The notes below the pieces were generated by a model, which searched no databases, was not told where the DNA came from, and worked only from the letters and a program-made list of their open reading frames with translations. A stretch of DNA of 64,000 bases. It comes from Syncephalis fuscata S228. Its lineage: Eukaryota > Fungi > Zoopagomycota. How positions within the stretch are numbered: position 1 is the first letter of the stretch; each line of letters opens with the position of its first letter. Made by a program: the position numbers and the translations under genes. The DNA lies in contig JAHLTZ010000024.1 of NCBI GenBank assembly GCA_025786725.1, positions 62,001-126,000 of the forward strand. The letters are read 5' to 3'. Of this stretch, positions 1-12,879 are shown piece after piece.

Positions 1-1789
1 GCTTGGCACCACGGATTCCTACCACACAGCATAGTCAAATAGACAATACCACACGACCTATTGATAGAATAATAGTAATAATTAGCTAAAAACATAAACA
101 TTTAGCGAATACACTTACCAAATATCAGCACTGCGAGCATCATGCCAGTCGTCGTTAAAGGTCTCTGGTGCCATATATGGCCGACTACCAGCCTGTCCAC
201 GGGTCATACTGATATTTCTTTCCCAGCATTGCCTGAATACTTCGGCAGAACCTAGTAAAATAATGAGCCTACTAATAATGCACCATTAACACTATAACTT
301 ACCAAAATCAGCTATTTTTACTTGGCCTTCGCTATCAAATAGAATGTTTTCTGGTTTGATATCCCTAGTATGCATATATTAATACAATAAATCTATCGTT
401 TATTCATTCATCTTACCGATGGGCCACGCCTTTGTTGTGCATATAGGCAATACCTTTAAGCATATAGTATAGAATGTGGCCAGCCTCATTTGGCTGAAGC
501 TGCTGTTTACGTATACGGCCAAAAAGATCTCCATTGGGACAGTACTCCTAGTGATATAACAGTTAAGCAACGTGGCCATTAATGCCGCACTGGCTACTTA
601 CAAGGATCTGGCACCAATGATTCTGGTCAAGACGTACTAAATCTAAAACGGGTACTAAATTTGGATGCTTTAATGTAGATTGGATACAAAATTCGGCAGC
701 TACAATCTTGCTGAATTGACGATCGGAAAAATGGTGCTGTTCACGAGTGCGGAATATTTTTTTTACAGCTAATGCACGCCCTGTGTGTGGATTATGCACA
801 GCCATACTATTCAGGTCATTAACGGTGTTTTGAGAGGCTCGTCGTTGATGCTGTACAGTTTGATATGAATGTGTAGGTTGTCCAATCGATGCATCAGATG
901 TAGAGGCCCGTCGACGTGGAAAGGCCAATCTTACCACGGATGTGGCACCTCGTCCAATAACAAGTTTCTTACGATGCCATTCATAGTCGGTGGCAAACCA
1001 GCGCTCCCCATTACAAACATCAGATAAATGGCGCTGTCCAGATCCATTGGCTATAGATGTCATGTGCATGGTTGATAACGATTTAGAAAGTGTAGGATTA
1101 AAGGTAGGCTGAACTATCTTTGGTGTTGAAGAGACAGATGGACGGCCTATAAGTAGCTTTTGCAAAAATGAACGTTTACCAGACATGGCCATCATTGTTT
1201 CAATCGATTTTGGCTCCTCTATCGGCGTTGATAATGACCGATAGGGTGCAATTTGAGCAAACTGAGCGGTCGGACTGGCTAGTTCGGGAAATTCAGCTTC
1301 ATTAGGACTTGGCTCATCACATAAAACGGGCAACTCCGTGCAAAATTCTTCGTGCATCATATGGTTTTTTAAATTGTCACTATTATGACTGCTATTGCTA
1401 TTACTTGAACCGAATAGTGCCAGAAAGCGGTTCCGAGTGCCTTCCTTTGTCGGTGCCGACCAAGTAACCCGTCTTTGCAGTCTACTTACTACGGAAGGTT
1501 GTCGTTTTACGTGTGACGACGACGATGTAGGTGGAGTAATATAGTCGGTCGGTGTGGTGATCAAGCTAGCGTCCAAGCCGTTCAAATCACTTAATGATGA
1601 TCCGGATGTTGAGTAGCCGTTAGTAGAGGTAGAATTGGTAGTGGCAGTGCAAGTGGCAGTTAATAGTATGGTCGGTGCCAGATGTTGTTGTTTAAGTAAG
1701 TTCTGCACCACAGGCATATCGTGGACGGAACAAGGCAGTCCGCATAAACAAGAACATGATTTATTCACCACGATAGGCCCAGTGTCCAT
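1..1789 (-). CDS. Ser/Thr protein kinase, HAL/NPR (Sat4/Hrk1-like) family; 3' end runs off the window
   Basis: Exon 1 (602-1789) has a long S/T-rich N-terminus, IGRGATSVV G-loop, AVKK and AEFCIQSTLKHPN. Spliced downstream exons (GT-AG introns e.g. 548-601, 365-416) give EYCPNGDLF, HRDIKPEN, ADFGSA and GSRPYMAPE. Confidence 0.9.
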
Positions 1790-3519
1790 TATTAAATAGG
1801 CTGCGCACGACGTTTAGGAACGGTCAACTAGGCCAGCGATTAATGCCAAGCGCAAGCAAGACGTAACCTAACCGGCAAATAAAACAACAATAACAATAGT
1901 CACAAAAGGGGTTTTTAAAAGTAGTAGTAACAACAATAGAAATAACAACAATAGAAATATGCTAAGGTATTAGCAACAGCGGCGTAGGAATAAAATAAAC
2001 AATTGGCCTAAAGGCCGACTTGCGTCTTCCTATCTCTTCGAAATGGAATACTCGGTCTCGACAAGGGAGACCGGCCCCCTGAAGTAAATACGTAAGCGTA
2101 AAAGTAGAAGAAGAAAAAACGCCGCCCACGTTACGCAAAACAATAAACTTCAAAAATAAACAAAAGCAGTAGCAGTGGCAGTGACAGTGGCAGTAGCAGT
2201 ATCAATAGTAGTAACAACGGCTAGTAGAACGATGGAATAGCTGTAGTAGTCAATGGTAACACTAGTAGCAAGGATGCAGTGAAGGAAAGTGAATAACTGT
2301 TGATAAATCAATAGTCTCACGCCGAGTAAAAGAATGGCCAAATGTGAGTAAAAGCGAGAAAAGGACAGAGGCCGCGAGGATCACATGTGGAGTGTGTGTA
2401 TGTGTATGTGTGTGTATGTGTATTAAATGGATGGGTGAGTTGATTACTCAGTGAACCAATAAAGTGAATGTTACAGCATAGAATAAATGTGCATGGCATG
2501 GAATAGCCGTGTTGTTGATGGTGGTGGACAAGGCATGAACCAACCAATTAACCAGCACACCATAGTACAAGTGACAATGGGTGAATGAGTGCCACGAGTC
2601 GATTGTTCTCAATACATCGAACTAGAACCTTCATTACACTAAAACAACCATGGACACCAACTATAGTCTATACTATAACACAGTACCACCATCACACCAC
2701 CTATTACTGATCATATTCATATGTTGCGCACATGACTGCGCTCGTGCTATTGGTGCATGCTTTGTGAATATACTAATTATAGCCCATCAAAAAACAGCGT
2801 ACCACATTGTTAAATGGATACGCCTAAACTATCATGATTGTAACTAGTATACTATTACTTACTACTGCGTGCGTCTATGAATATCGCATAATCAATCCAA
2901 AGTAGTAAACGATCTATCATATGCCACTCTTGCTATTATAGTCTTATTGTTTGTTAAGCGATAGTATCTACATAGTAACCTAGATCGATAACTATATATA
3001 GCTTGTTATTGATACCGTAATGGTATAAATGACGTAAAAACTATACATCATATGACACTTGCGTTTGGCTTGCATCTATAGATTACCAAAACAATCAATT
3101 ACCGAAATGGTATCGTCATCAACTCTGTATTAGCAATGCTATTCTATTAATAATGTGCATTATTAATCTGATATTTATAGTACTGAGTGCAGTATAAAAT
3201 GTTATTGATTATTAAAATAAAATTGCTATAATATAATAGCTGTTAATTAATTGTTAATTGTTAAATAAATTATTACAACAACATTATTAATATAATGTTT
3301 GCTATTATAGACACCACATGTTTAGTCACTATAGATACGAGTTGAAGGCGATTGCACCTCGTTTGTTAAAATAGGGTAACCACATGGTTAATATACGTAA
3401 TACCGCATGGTATACATACAAGCATGCCACTCCCCATTATAACAAGTTTTAATTAAGACAAAAGTGTTGCTAATCATTATTAGCCAGTCTTCCATTAATC
3501 ATGACTGTTTTTATCATTG

Positions 3520-3523
<4 letters not shown>

Positions 3524-3554
<31 letters not shown>
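3524..3554. repeat. (CTA)n microsatellite
   Basis: Run of cta units downstream of the AP-1 mu stop codon. Confidence 0.9.
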
Positions 3555-3555
<1 letters not shown>

Positions 3556-3603
3556 TTGCTATTATGGCGAATAGTGTACTCGCGCTATTTTAATGACTGC
3601 TGT

Positions 3604-5536
3604 TTATATAGGTGCCATACGTACAGGACCGCCACTAGCACTACTGCTTGTATTACCATCGGGCATTCGCAATTGATAGTCTGCCAAACATTATTGACCA
3701 CGAGTCAAGTGTTGTTAAAAGAATAGGAGCGGGCGAGTACAATGTAAGTTCGCATGCTTATGCCAAGCATCAAAGCACTTACCGCCATTTCTAGTGATGT
3801 AGCGCACCCATGGTAACGCTTGATAGCCGCTTTTTTCTACCACCTTCAAATAGCGTACTTGAATGCCACTGACCGTGAAATAAGGAATTTCAAATTGCAC
3901 ATTGATAGGTGGGCGTTTAATATCCGGTTCCTCTACAATAATTAACAAATTGGTAAATTACCTGAATAATTAGTGCAGCCAATAAACTTACCATCGCGCA
4001 CACTAGGTAGCCCAAAATGTGCTCGCATGTAGAATTCTCGCGCACCTTGGAATTGCTTAATCTTCCAAATACAGCATGATTTCTCTGGCACATAGGTTAC
4101 TGTTCCGATACTCGTCTAATGCATTACAATAAAATCATTAGTTTTTTACATCCAGTTTATTAAGTAGTCATATTGTAATAATTGCACATGCTACTTACCT
4201 TGAATTTTGGTGAATCGGCATCATCGGGTACTGGAATACTAATTTGCACGTTGTTGGCCGTTGAACGTCGTTTGAATTGTGCCTTAGCCTATATAATGGT
4301 TAATATATATACTGGCATCTACGATGTATCAAAACTGTACCTTGATCATATACTCAATTCGTGAACTGCTATGTACTTCTACCATGGCTTCACACCAAAT
4401 AAGCGGCTTTACCTATTAATTGTAGACAATTAGCTGTAGGCCCTTCAATAGCCCAGTTTTACCTGCCTGTGTATTAAGACGATAACTCATTAATTCAAAT
4501 TCACCATCTGGTGGAATAAATGAAATTGTGCGATCCGTCTCAAATCGTGACAATCGAACACATTGATGAAATTTAACATCTTCCATTTCAATTGCTTTTC
4601 CTTTGCCGGCAGCTATTGTCGATTAATATTAATAAATTAATGTTTTTATTTGTATTTTATTAAATTCAAACTTACCTCGACCGCTGCTTTCAAATAATAC
4701 TTTGTCATTTAGACCAAGACGTAGCTCAGGCATACCGGTCAAATAGCATTTCATTTTAACAGCACCTAGAATCTCACTTCGTAGTACATTGCCGGTAGAG
4801 CTGACCATAAGATTGATCGACTCGATAACATCAAGAATACTTCATTCTTTCGATATTTAATGCCTTCTGATCGCCAACTAACGGCATTTGTAACGGCATT
4901 GGGTGGTCGAACGGGTGTACGTTCAAGTTTGAATCCTTCTTGTGTTATATATCTGAACGATTATTTAGCTATACTACTGGTCTATTATTAAAACAGCAAC
5001 TTACTCTTTTAGAATCTTTGTTTCCGTAATTTGAGGAAATCCAAAATCCATCATTTCATCAAGCAGTTCATAGGTCAGAACAAAGTTGTCACGAATAGAC
5101 TCCTCTTCTAGTGTTTTGAAATACTCGGTATAGACCTGTTTAAAGTAGATGTTAATAAACGATAGCCTATGTATATAATATACCATATAGCAGCTGTACC
5201 TGTGCCAATTTGTGTAGATATAGAAGAATAGACGTGGCATTCGAGTTTTTTCGCGTCAACGCAAGCACTAAGTACGTAGCAGTCAGAGTTAAAGTATACT
5301 ATACCAATCGCTAGTCATTACGATATAGAAAGGATACAATAGACGTTGTTATGTCGAATATACAAGTAGTGCACGCCCTTATCCGATAGCACCGGTGTAG
5401 GTGTCTGGCCATCTTCCTCGAGTTCTTGCAGTATCGGCATGAATCGGTCAACGGCCGCCATATGCACATCGCCGCGATAATTGCGCGAAATAAGCACCTT
5501 GCCCTTAAGGTCGAGAATAAATACGGCCGATGCCAT
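3604..5536 (-). CDS. APM1: AP-1 adaptor complex mu subunit (multi-exon; one apparent 1-bp deletion near 4833)
   Basis: [106 protein letters not shown]|DYQLRM. Stop TAA at 3604-3606. Confidence 0.96.
5268..5337 (-). other. U12-type (minor spliceosome) GT-AG intron, first intron of the AP-1 mu gene
   Basis: Donor T|GTATCCTTT, branch ACTTTAACTC (5295-5286), acceptor TTAG. Removal restores [16 protein letters not shown]. Confidence 0.9.
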
Positions 5537-5825
5537 GATGATAAAAAGAAACGATTAAACCGGAAATGAACAAGCGTTTAGATGAACTAGAATATGAAGT
5601 GGAGAGTGGAGAGTGGAGAGTGAGTAGGAAAAGACTGGCCACCGCCTTTAAACGTAATAATACCAATTGAGTAATTTGATATGTGTATTGATTTGAACAC
5701 GTCGCTGCTATTGTTAACGTTACCGTTAATAAAACTACGATTGGCCTAGATGTATCATTGGCAGCATGTGTATCCCATGACTATTGCTATAAATGGTTTT
5801 AAATAGGAATTAGACCAGCTAGTCT

Positions 5826-6014
5826 GTGTCTTAATTAATGAGTAAGGATATAACTGACCAGAGTAACGCCTGGTCGTTGTTTGTAATGCGGTTTTCACCG
5901 CGCACAAATAACATCCTCAATATTTGGCGGGTTCACATAAAGGCGTGGCTGCTAGATTGAGCGACGCGAGTACGCAAGTACAAACGTTGCTCTCTAGTGA
6001 TTGCTGGCCTCCGT
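5826..6014 (+). ncRNA. U12: U12 minor spliceosomal snRNA
   Basis: 5' end TGTCTTAATTAATGAGTAAGGATATAAC matches the U12 signature UGCCUUAAACUUAUGAGUAAGGAAAAUAAC. Hairpin GACCAG-AGTAACGC-CTGGTC (cf. loop GGUGACGC), second hairpin 5876-5912, Sm-like site AATATTTGG 5919-5927, then a long 3' stem-loop 5927-6014. Ends are approximate. Confidence 0.88.
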
Positions 6015-7217
6015 GATACTTGATTTTTTGCTAATTTTTTTGGTAATTATGCACCAGCTTAAATAACCAAATAAAGTGTAAAAGTAATTAAATAGTTGAT
6101 TCTATTAAGTAAAGAGAGCTACCATACTTTGACTTTCACATTTTTATTTATCCATTTCACTTCTCAACACTTTTAAATACAATTAAACATTCACTCATCA
6201 CTATAACCATGTATAATATTGCATCCAACACTAATCAATTTATTTGTAATTATCAATACAATAATGTAATTAAATATGCACATTATGGTATTAGTTGAAG
6301 TTGAAATAACATTCAATAAAATAAAAGGCTTTTTACACTGAATTGTTAAACATCTTTGTTGAAATGGTCTACAGGTGTAAAAATAATAAAATAACTGCGA
6401 TTATTAAATATAATTGTTACAATATGCAAATGTAATTCAAGTAAACAGAAACAAGATAGAAAAGAAATAAATCATATAACAGTTTGATGTGCAGTATGAC
6501 AAACAAGCAACAGAAGTAATGAGTAACGACATGGAATTGCAATCATATGGTTTTTATTAATATTCGATCAATCTTTCTACACATGGCCAACAACAACAAT
6601 GATTAACCTCAATGTTTCAAAAATTAAATGGTATGTTACATTATGTATTTAAATCAATTTATTAATAGTATTTTAATAAAAAGTAATATAACTATGTTGT
6701 GCATCACAATGGCATGACTCTGATTGGAACGAATTGTGCTTTGGGGACAGATGTGGGAGTCAAATTACAATAAAACTATTGTTGTAATAAATATATTGTT
6801 GTTTGTGGCATCTAATACTAAAGTTGTAATAGTAAACTTGTATTCTTAATGAATAGTGTGTATAGTGAATATTATTGTCGTAATAATAATAGATCCAACA
6901 TATGGATCGATATTCGTGTAATAAAGTCTAATAGTGTTTAGTTTTAAGAAATAATATCATAATTTAGTCGTAGTATTGCATACTCAATGACCAGTAAATA
7001 AGTATAGATGCAATCAACGTGTTATTGAATATGCTTTAAACGATGGTCATAAGGGCGATCAATGGGTCATGACGTAGTATGATAGAGATAATGGCAGTGG
7101 GCCGTGTAAGTTTTGGTCAACAACATACAAACATACACGATTTTGTAGGTACACAAAGCATGCAAACAAGCGAAACAGGAACGAAAGGAAAAGGAGGACA
7201 GCAAGCACTGCTGGCTT

Positions 7218-7252
7218 TTCTTCTTCTTCTTCTTCTTCTTCTTCTTCTTCTT
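7218..7252. repeat. (CTT)n microsatellite immediately 3' of a stop codon
   Basis: ttcttcttc... tract. Confidence 0.9.
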
Positions 7253-9132
7253 TAATAGTCTTGAGGGAAGAAGGCTGAATCACGTCTAACAAAAGATGGT
7301 GTACGTGGCTCGTCAAATCTTGTTGCAATGGTACCGACACTGCCGCGGCGATTAGATGCACTGTCGTTGCCGCTTTCTGCGCCATCGTCATCATCGTTGT
7401 CGCCATTAGTGTTGCTGCGACCAGCGCGTGGTGGCGCATTCATGTTAGTTGGAATACCAAACATGAGTTCTGGATTAAAGTTTTCCGACATAAGTTTGGA
7501 TAAAGTGGCAGCCCGATCAATGGTTGATGGATTGTCGCGTAGCGGCATACTGCCACTGGCTTCGCCTTCTTCACTTACGGCAGTTAATGGACCGCGTGGT
7601 GACATAAAGTGAGATGGTGCATTAGACGAGACTGAATCGTTATCAAGTGAGTGACGAGCTGGTGGATCTAGCGGCTCATTGTCTAGATTGTGAAGACCAA
7701 GGAATTGGCCCTCCTCGCCTAGACTAGCATTAAGTACAGCGGTGGCCATATCACTTAGTGTTGGGCTGGCTACCGATGACGATTCGCCCATTTCACCTGA
7801 CTCAATGCGGCTAGCTGCAGCAACGGCTGAGGCAATTGTTGGATCGAATGAGTCGCCCATATTGTAACTAAGTCCACGCTTCTTTCTGGTACTTAGTCGA
7901 CGAGTAAGTGGCGATTCTGGCACTGGTAGATTGTCGCGGGAGCTGTTCTTTGAATGCCTATCGCTATCTTCCTCATCACTATCCATACCAACACGTTCTT
8001 CTTCAACTTCAGTGTGAATAGTAAGTGCTACGTGTCCCGAATTGTTCATCGGGCTTGGTAGATCGGAGTACGAGTCAGAGACACGGCGAGCATTGACATT
8101 GGAAAGGCGAAGACGGTGTGGCGTGGCTGGTTCGCTATCTAGCGTGGTAGTGCTATTGGATACTGACGAGTCGTTGTGTTTTGGCGATCCATTAGGCGAC
8201 CAGACTGGACCAGAGATCTGCAGTGGTGGTGGTGGGCCTGTTCGGTGTTCACGGATCTCTAGCGTAGGTAGTGGTGGCAATGCACGAGTACCCGCGGCCG
8301 TGGGAGGTGAATTTGGACGAGAGATAGGAGCTGGCGCCCGATTAAGCGACGACTTATGTTGTAAGAAGCCGGGTGTACGTGAAGCAGCCGCGGCAGCTGC
8401 TACAGCACCGGCAGCAATGCTACTGGATGCATTGCCTACATTGTTGTATGCAGTCGAGCTTGGTGGCAACTGGCGTGTGAACATGGTATTTTCATTGCTA
8501 GAACGGTTACTGTTGACAAATCCTTTTTCTTCAGAGCCACCACGGCCCACCGTAGCAGGGAATATGCCATTGGCTGCACCAGCACCAAATACATTTTTTG
8601 AAAAGGCGTCATGACGACGACGACGACGGTAAACAAATAGACCAACAACAATAATTGCCAATAGTAATGCACCAATAGCACCACCAACAATACCACCAAC
8701 AGCAGCTGATCCAGAGCTGGCATTATCTTCGGCACTGGCACCAATAGCAGCATTGGAACGAACATCTGTACCAGTACCACTCGATCCACTGCCTCCATTA
8801 GTTGGTGCCGTAAAACTTGGTACAGTAACCGTTTCACCAGTAGGTGGTGTCGGCGTAGTAGGTGCAGCTACAGCAGGAACACTGGGTACACTTGGTGAAC
8901 TGGATGCTGTATTGGTAGGCGTGGACGGTGACGACGACGACGACGACGACGACGAACCAGAAGACGGTGTCGATGTAGTCTGTGCCGAGCTGGACGTATC
9001 AGTTGCTGGTGGCGTCGCGGCTGTCGCTGCACCGGCAGTAGGCGTAGCCTGTGTTCCTATGAGCGTCATACCCGGTGGAGGGACAATGTCCGTCGGGCGA
9101 TCACCAGTCCAAGTTGTTTTCCAGTCAGACAT
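7252..9132 (-). CDS. Single-pass membrane protein with S/T/P-rich ectodomain and long disordered cytoplasmic tail (Mid2/mucin-like sensor architecture)
   Basis: Intronless 626-aa ORF; hydrophobic VGGIVGGAIGALLLAIIVVGLFVY followed by RRRRRH stop-transfer; no N-terminal signal peptide. Confidence 0.8.
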   Translation of the reverse strand: MSDWKTTWTGDRPTDIVPPPGMTLIGTQATPTAGAATAATPPATDTSSSAQTTSTPSSGSSSSSSSSSPSTPTNTASSSPSVPSVPAVAAPTTPTPPTGETVTVPSFTAPTNGGSGSSGTGTDVRSNAAIGASAEDNASSGSAAVGGIVGGAIGALLLAIIVVGLFVYRRRRRHDAFSKNVFGAGAANGIFPATVGRGGSEEKGFVNSNRSSNENTMFTRQLPPSSTAYNNVGNASSSIAAGAVAAAAAASRTPGFLQHKSSLNRAPAPISRPNSPPTAAGTRALPPLPTLEIREHRTGPPPPLQISGPVWSPNGSPKHNDSSVSNSTTTLDSEPATPHRLRLSNVNARRVSDSYSDLPSPMNNSGHVALTIHTEVEEERVGMDSDEEDSDRHSKNSSRDNLPVPESPLTRRLSTRKKRGLSYNMGDSFDPTIASAVAAASRIESGEMGESSSVASPTLSDMATAVLNASLGEEGQFLGLHNLDNEPLDPPARHSLDNDSVSSNAPSHFMSPRGPLTAVSEEGEASGSMPLRDNPSTIDRAATLSKLMSENFNPELMFGIPTNMNAPPRAGRSNTNGDNDDDDGAESGNDSASNRRGSVGTIATRFDEPRTPSFVRRDSAFFPQDY

Positions 9133-12100
9133 AGTGTAGAATTAAAAAGAATAGCTGTAATAACTGGAATAATCAATTAAGTAACGATCTATGACTGGTC
9201 GTTGTAGAAATTAGATTCAATAGTTGTAGTACGTGATAACTGAACACAATAGCCAATGAGCTAATGTCAAGATCAGTTAATGGATCAATATCGAGCCTGT
9301 AACACAATGAATCCACAATCCAATTAGTCTATTTAAGCAAACAATGTCACAATAATCGATGCTTTTGTGATATTGTATTAGCAATAGTAGAACTGTAATT
9401 GTAGTGTAGTAAGTGAGACGATGTAATCAGGAATTGACGGAATCAAAAAACGATATGCAATTTCTTTCGTCTACTAGGCCAAATCAATTAATTTCCTAAA
9501 TAAATTAAACAAAATTGTTATTAGTATTTATCGTATTAAAAGAGTAAATAAGGTATTAATGGTGTTAATAGTATCAATAATAATTGTATTATAATGTTTA
9601 GTGTCATAGATAAGGCGCCAAGCACTCAATGATGGTTACAAACAATTGAACACAACAATAGCCATGGTTAGCTAATAGTAACGTTGCTTCACTCTAGTCC
9701 TTTACTACTCTATAGATTCCACCTATTCTATTTATAATATCATGGAATCTACCATATAAAACAGCTATACTAGCATGTCATTGCTATAACACCACCGCCA
9801 TAAGCTTGAACGTGCTCATTTGCCCATGGTTAATTAACATACCAACCCATCAGATGCATTCGCATAGATTAATCGAAAAGTGTACGACAACTAGTAGTGG
9901 TAATATAGTGGTAATAGTAATAATAACTTGGGCTATTTTGTATTGCAAAGATAAGGGCAACGGGTGAGCGAGTGAGTGAGTGATGGATGAAGATAGAAGG
10001 ATTGGCTAGAAAATAGGCAAGGTAAGAAGCAAGGCAAGCAGGTAAGGCCTGAACTTCAAGTTTAAATTGGTGCGAGACTCTCCTCGGAGACGGCATAAAC
10101 TACCGGTTTAACTGCAACAATACCAACAACAGCAACAGTTGCAGTGATCGATAGAATAAGCACGGATTAAAGCAAATGTAAAATGAAGATATAGAAATAA
10201 AAAGACCCGACCGGTAATAATTAAGCGGTCGGAGTAAAGACAAAAATAACTACGTGTGCTCTATGCCGCTTTGTACACTAATCCACAAAAGCAGTAAATA
10301 AAAATGCCACTTCAAGATAGCAATGCAATGCAATCTTCAACAACCCATTGGTTATTTGGATGGATGTGGATAGATGAGTGAGGGTAGCACTAGGCCTACA
10401 CATCACTAACTATTACTGTCACCACTCTATTCATTCCGCTATGAATGACTAACATCTTTCACATGGCCCCCTTGGCCAAGTCGCCTCAATGAAAATAAAA
10501 AGCAAAATGTACAACTGATTGGCCACCAGGTGTGCCGTTTCTTACCAGATTTGTCTATGCTTGCTGATTATAGCTGGGTCCTTTTGAAACGGATAAGGAA
10601 ATGGTAGTGCACACAGTAATCGCTTGAATGGAAGGAAGAAAATCCACTCGAAATTAGACGGGGACAAAAGTTGTAATACTAGAATCTGTATCAATAGTAA
10701 AGATGGTCAGGCAAGCCAATGTATGGAAGGGAAGGAGATGTAATAAGAGGAGACGGCAGAGAAGTAGTAAAAGGTAGTAAAAGATGAATCGTCAGGATGC
10801 TTGCTCGTAGCGATCGTCGTCGGCGTAGAAGGTTCTTTGTAGGTGGCAGCACTATTAGTAATAGTGGCTACAGCTATTGAAACAATAGCTAGGCGTGTAT
10901 AGAAGAACAAAATGGAATAGCTACGCGTAATAGGAACCGCCACGGTAATAGTAAAAATAGCAAACGTAAAGCCCGCCAATCGATGGGTTAATACGAGGCT
11001 ATATTTATAACAGCGTGTCCGTAACCTACGCCGTAAAAATAAAAAATGATTCCGGAGAATGTATGAGAAAAGGTGTTGGCATTGACAGCTTTAGACACAC
11101 TGGATGTGTACGATAACGACAAAGGATAGTCCATAAAAGGCACGTGCTGTAACAATAACTATAACAGCGTGTTTATAACATATCTGGTTTTTACATACAA
11201 TAGATACCATATTCGACGCTATTGACAAATGGTAACATCGACAATAAAGGCATTGTTCTATGTATTTAGAAACTATACAGATGTATAGCATGCTCTATTA
11301 TGACTTTGTTACATCGACCATCGAGCAATAAGCCGTCTCATTTGTCATTTAAACAGCGCTTTTCATCTATCGTTTGCAAATGATGTCGGGTCCGACACCA
11401 GCAAATAGCCATTTGAAAACCCGAAGATGATAAGCCACGGCTATCAAGATAATCCGTTTTCTGTTTACTGATACAGTAGCTGCCTACTGGCCTATTCTTT
11501 ATGCCAACCTTGCATTAGAACAGCATTCTAGTTCCGTTTCACGGGTATGACACCATTGTAACGAATAGGCTGTATGGACACGAAACACAAACCAGAAATA
11601 CGCAGTTTCAAGTCATACTCAATATAGAACGCAACACAAACAAGCGAGCAAACAAGTAAATAGTAGACTAGTACTTACCACTACCACTAGTATGTGAGAA
11701 TAACACGCATCCAATGGCGCGTTTGGTATGAAGATCAGCTTGGCCGACACTTTAGTAATAATAAGTGAATTAAATAAAAGCGACTAAGCAGAAAACGATT
11801 AGGAGAATGTGATGGTGATGATGATGATGATGATGGTGATGATGATGTGGAGAAATACTGAAGCTAAACCAGTAAGCAACACGAACGTTGATGGGATGGC
11901 AACGACAAATAATAGAAGCGAATGACTGAATAATTGATGGATTGAATGAATGAGTAAGTGACCGGTGGGTAGACCGGCAGAGAGAGAGAGAGAAAGAGAG
12001 AGAAGTAGACTGGCTTGAAACGATGATTATTAAGCCCCCTAACGTAGGCCGTTGTAAGTGCTATGGAAGAGTAACGAGAAATACGACAATTCAAATAATC

Positions 12101-12879
12101 AAATAGTATATCTTCGGTAGATACTAGTGTGATTTAAAGCACTGATTCATGTAGTAATTAATATTAACAATATTAGCAGTATTAATGGTATTAACAGTGG
12201 GTTGTTATAATAGATCAATGTACAAGTGAAAGTGAATTAAACTGAAACAATAAAATGATGGACAAGGTCAGTGTAGTTATCACACTTGCATGATGTTCAC
12301 TCACATCAACCAGGGCCTAAATGAGTGAACATTAATAGAGAGAGAGACGAGACAAAACAAGTAAAATACCGCATGACAATGGCATCGTTTGGTCTAGATG
12401 TACGACGCATGCGGTAATTCAACATGCGAATCTATACATGCAGCCACACTACTGTCACTAGTGTTGTTGTTGTTGTGGTAGTGGTTAGTGCTACAATGCA
12501 ACAACTCTCTAAAACAGCTCAGTCGTTATACAAGCATGATTATTCGTATGTTGCACATAGACTATTGACTATTCCAGTTATTAATTACACAATAAAACGT
12601 CATTTACAATAACAACAATATGGCCATAAACTTCTATTCACATGATGCAATAGTACTAATAAAAAAAAGACTTCATTATAGATGATGGGCAAGAGAACGA
12701 AGAACAAAGACATTAAGTACTATTACTATTATCATCATTATTATCGTAATAATAGTACTTTACTTTGTTCTTTACGTTAATAAAAGACATGATGGCATCG
12801 TTAAATTGGCCGCGTTAAACCAATGAATCAGTAAATCGATGATGATTATTCATTCAAATGATTATGGATATTATGCTTG

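Noticed and set aside
6480-6780. Short plus-strand open stretch with a GT-AG intron-like gap
   Set aside because: No clear start, multiple stops and no recognisable homology.
7328-9139. Plus-strand ORFs overlapping the 626-aa membrane protein gene
   Set aside because: Antisense shadows of a GC-richer coding region with no recognisable motifs.
11379-11472. Possible C/D-box snoRNA (ATGATG...CTGA)
   Set aside because: Box C is imperfect, and I see no terminal stem or identifiable guide.
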